The notes under the pieces are model-generated. The model saw nothing but the letters and a program-made list of their open reading frames with translations. It did no database searches and was not told the origin of the DNA. Shown piece after piece: positions 56,537 to 56,671 of a DNA stretch of 56,671 nt. The DNA comes from Planctomycetota bacterium (GTDB taxonomy: Bacteria > Planctomycetota > SZUA-567 > H5-PLA8): contig BTVV01000033.1 of NCBI GenBank assembly GCA_045863855.1, forward strand, positions 1 through 56,671, read 5' to 3'. The translations under genes and the position numbers were made by a program. The first letter of the stretch is position 1, and each line of letters opens with the position of its first letter.

Positions 56537-56612
56537 GCGCCGAATTTCCTCGATGCCCGCAGCCCCAACCTACCACACCCCGCACCCCGCGCATGACGTG
56601 TCCCGCGGGTGG

Positions 56613-56639
56613 CCCGCACAAATCTCCGATTTGTGTGGG
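56613..56639. repeat. Palindromic hairpin (REP-like or terminator)
   Basis: CCCGCACAAATC-TCC-GATTTGTGTGGG, a 12-bp stem with one G-U pair. Confidence 0.45.
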
Positions 56640-56671
56640 TGAGCTTGCGAACAAGAGGCGCTCATACAGGG

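Overview
High-GC (~65-70%) chromosomal window from a Planctomycetota-type bacterium; the 16S gene has an exact EUB338-II site and an AGGG-type 27F site. From left to right it holds: the 5' part of a minus-strand 16S rRNA gene with leader, boxA and promoter; an orphan Phd/YefM-like gene; a beta-propeller/TPR lipoprotein; an MBOAT O-acyltransferase pair; and a SulP transporter. Next is a remodelled S10-spc ribosomal protein operon (rplD-rplW-lepB-rplB-...-rplO-secY-adk-map). It begins at L4 behind its own promoter and a highly structured ~200-nt leader, lacks rpsJ, rplC, rpmD and the alpha-operon genes, and has signal peptidase I inserted after L23. Further right are a PilV/PilW/PilX-like minor pilin cluster behind two paralogous small membrane proteins that each have a sigma54-type promoter; a LacI/heparinase-like/secreted glycanase/esterase block; a GntR-creatininase-LarA-like-YdbH-YdbL run; a Gfo/Idh/MocA enzyme with a histone-like tail; a tandem-domain PTPS; a nucleoside-type ABC transporter; aat; YaiI; PhyH; and an SGNH hydrolase. 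The best candidate for an undescribed system is the r-protein operon: the exit-tunnel proteins L22, L23, L24 and L29 all carry extensions or insertions, LepB, SecY and MAP lie in the same apparent transcription unit, and the operon has a candidate new r-leader RNA. No tRNA, CRISPR array or mobile element was recognised. All calls come from reading motifs by eye; no database searches were run.
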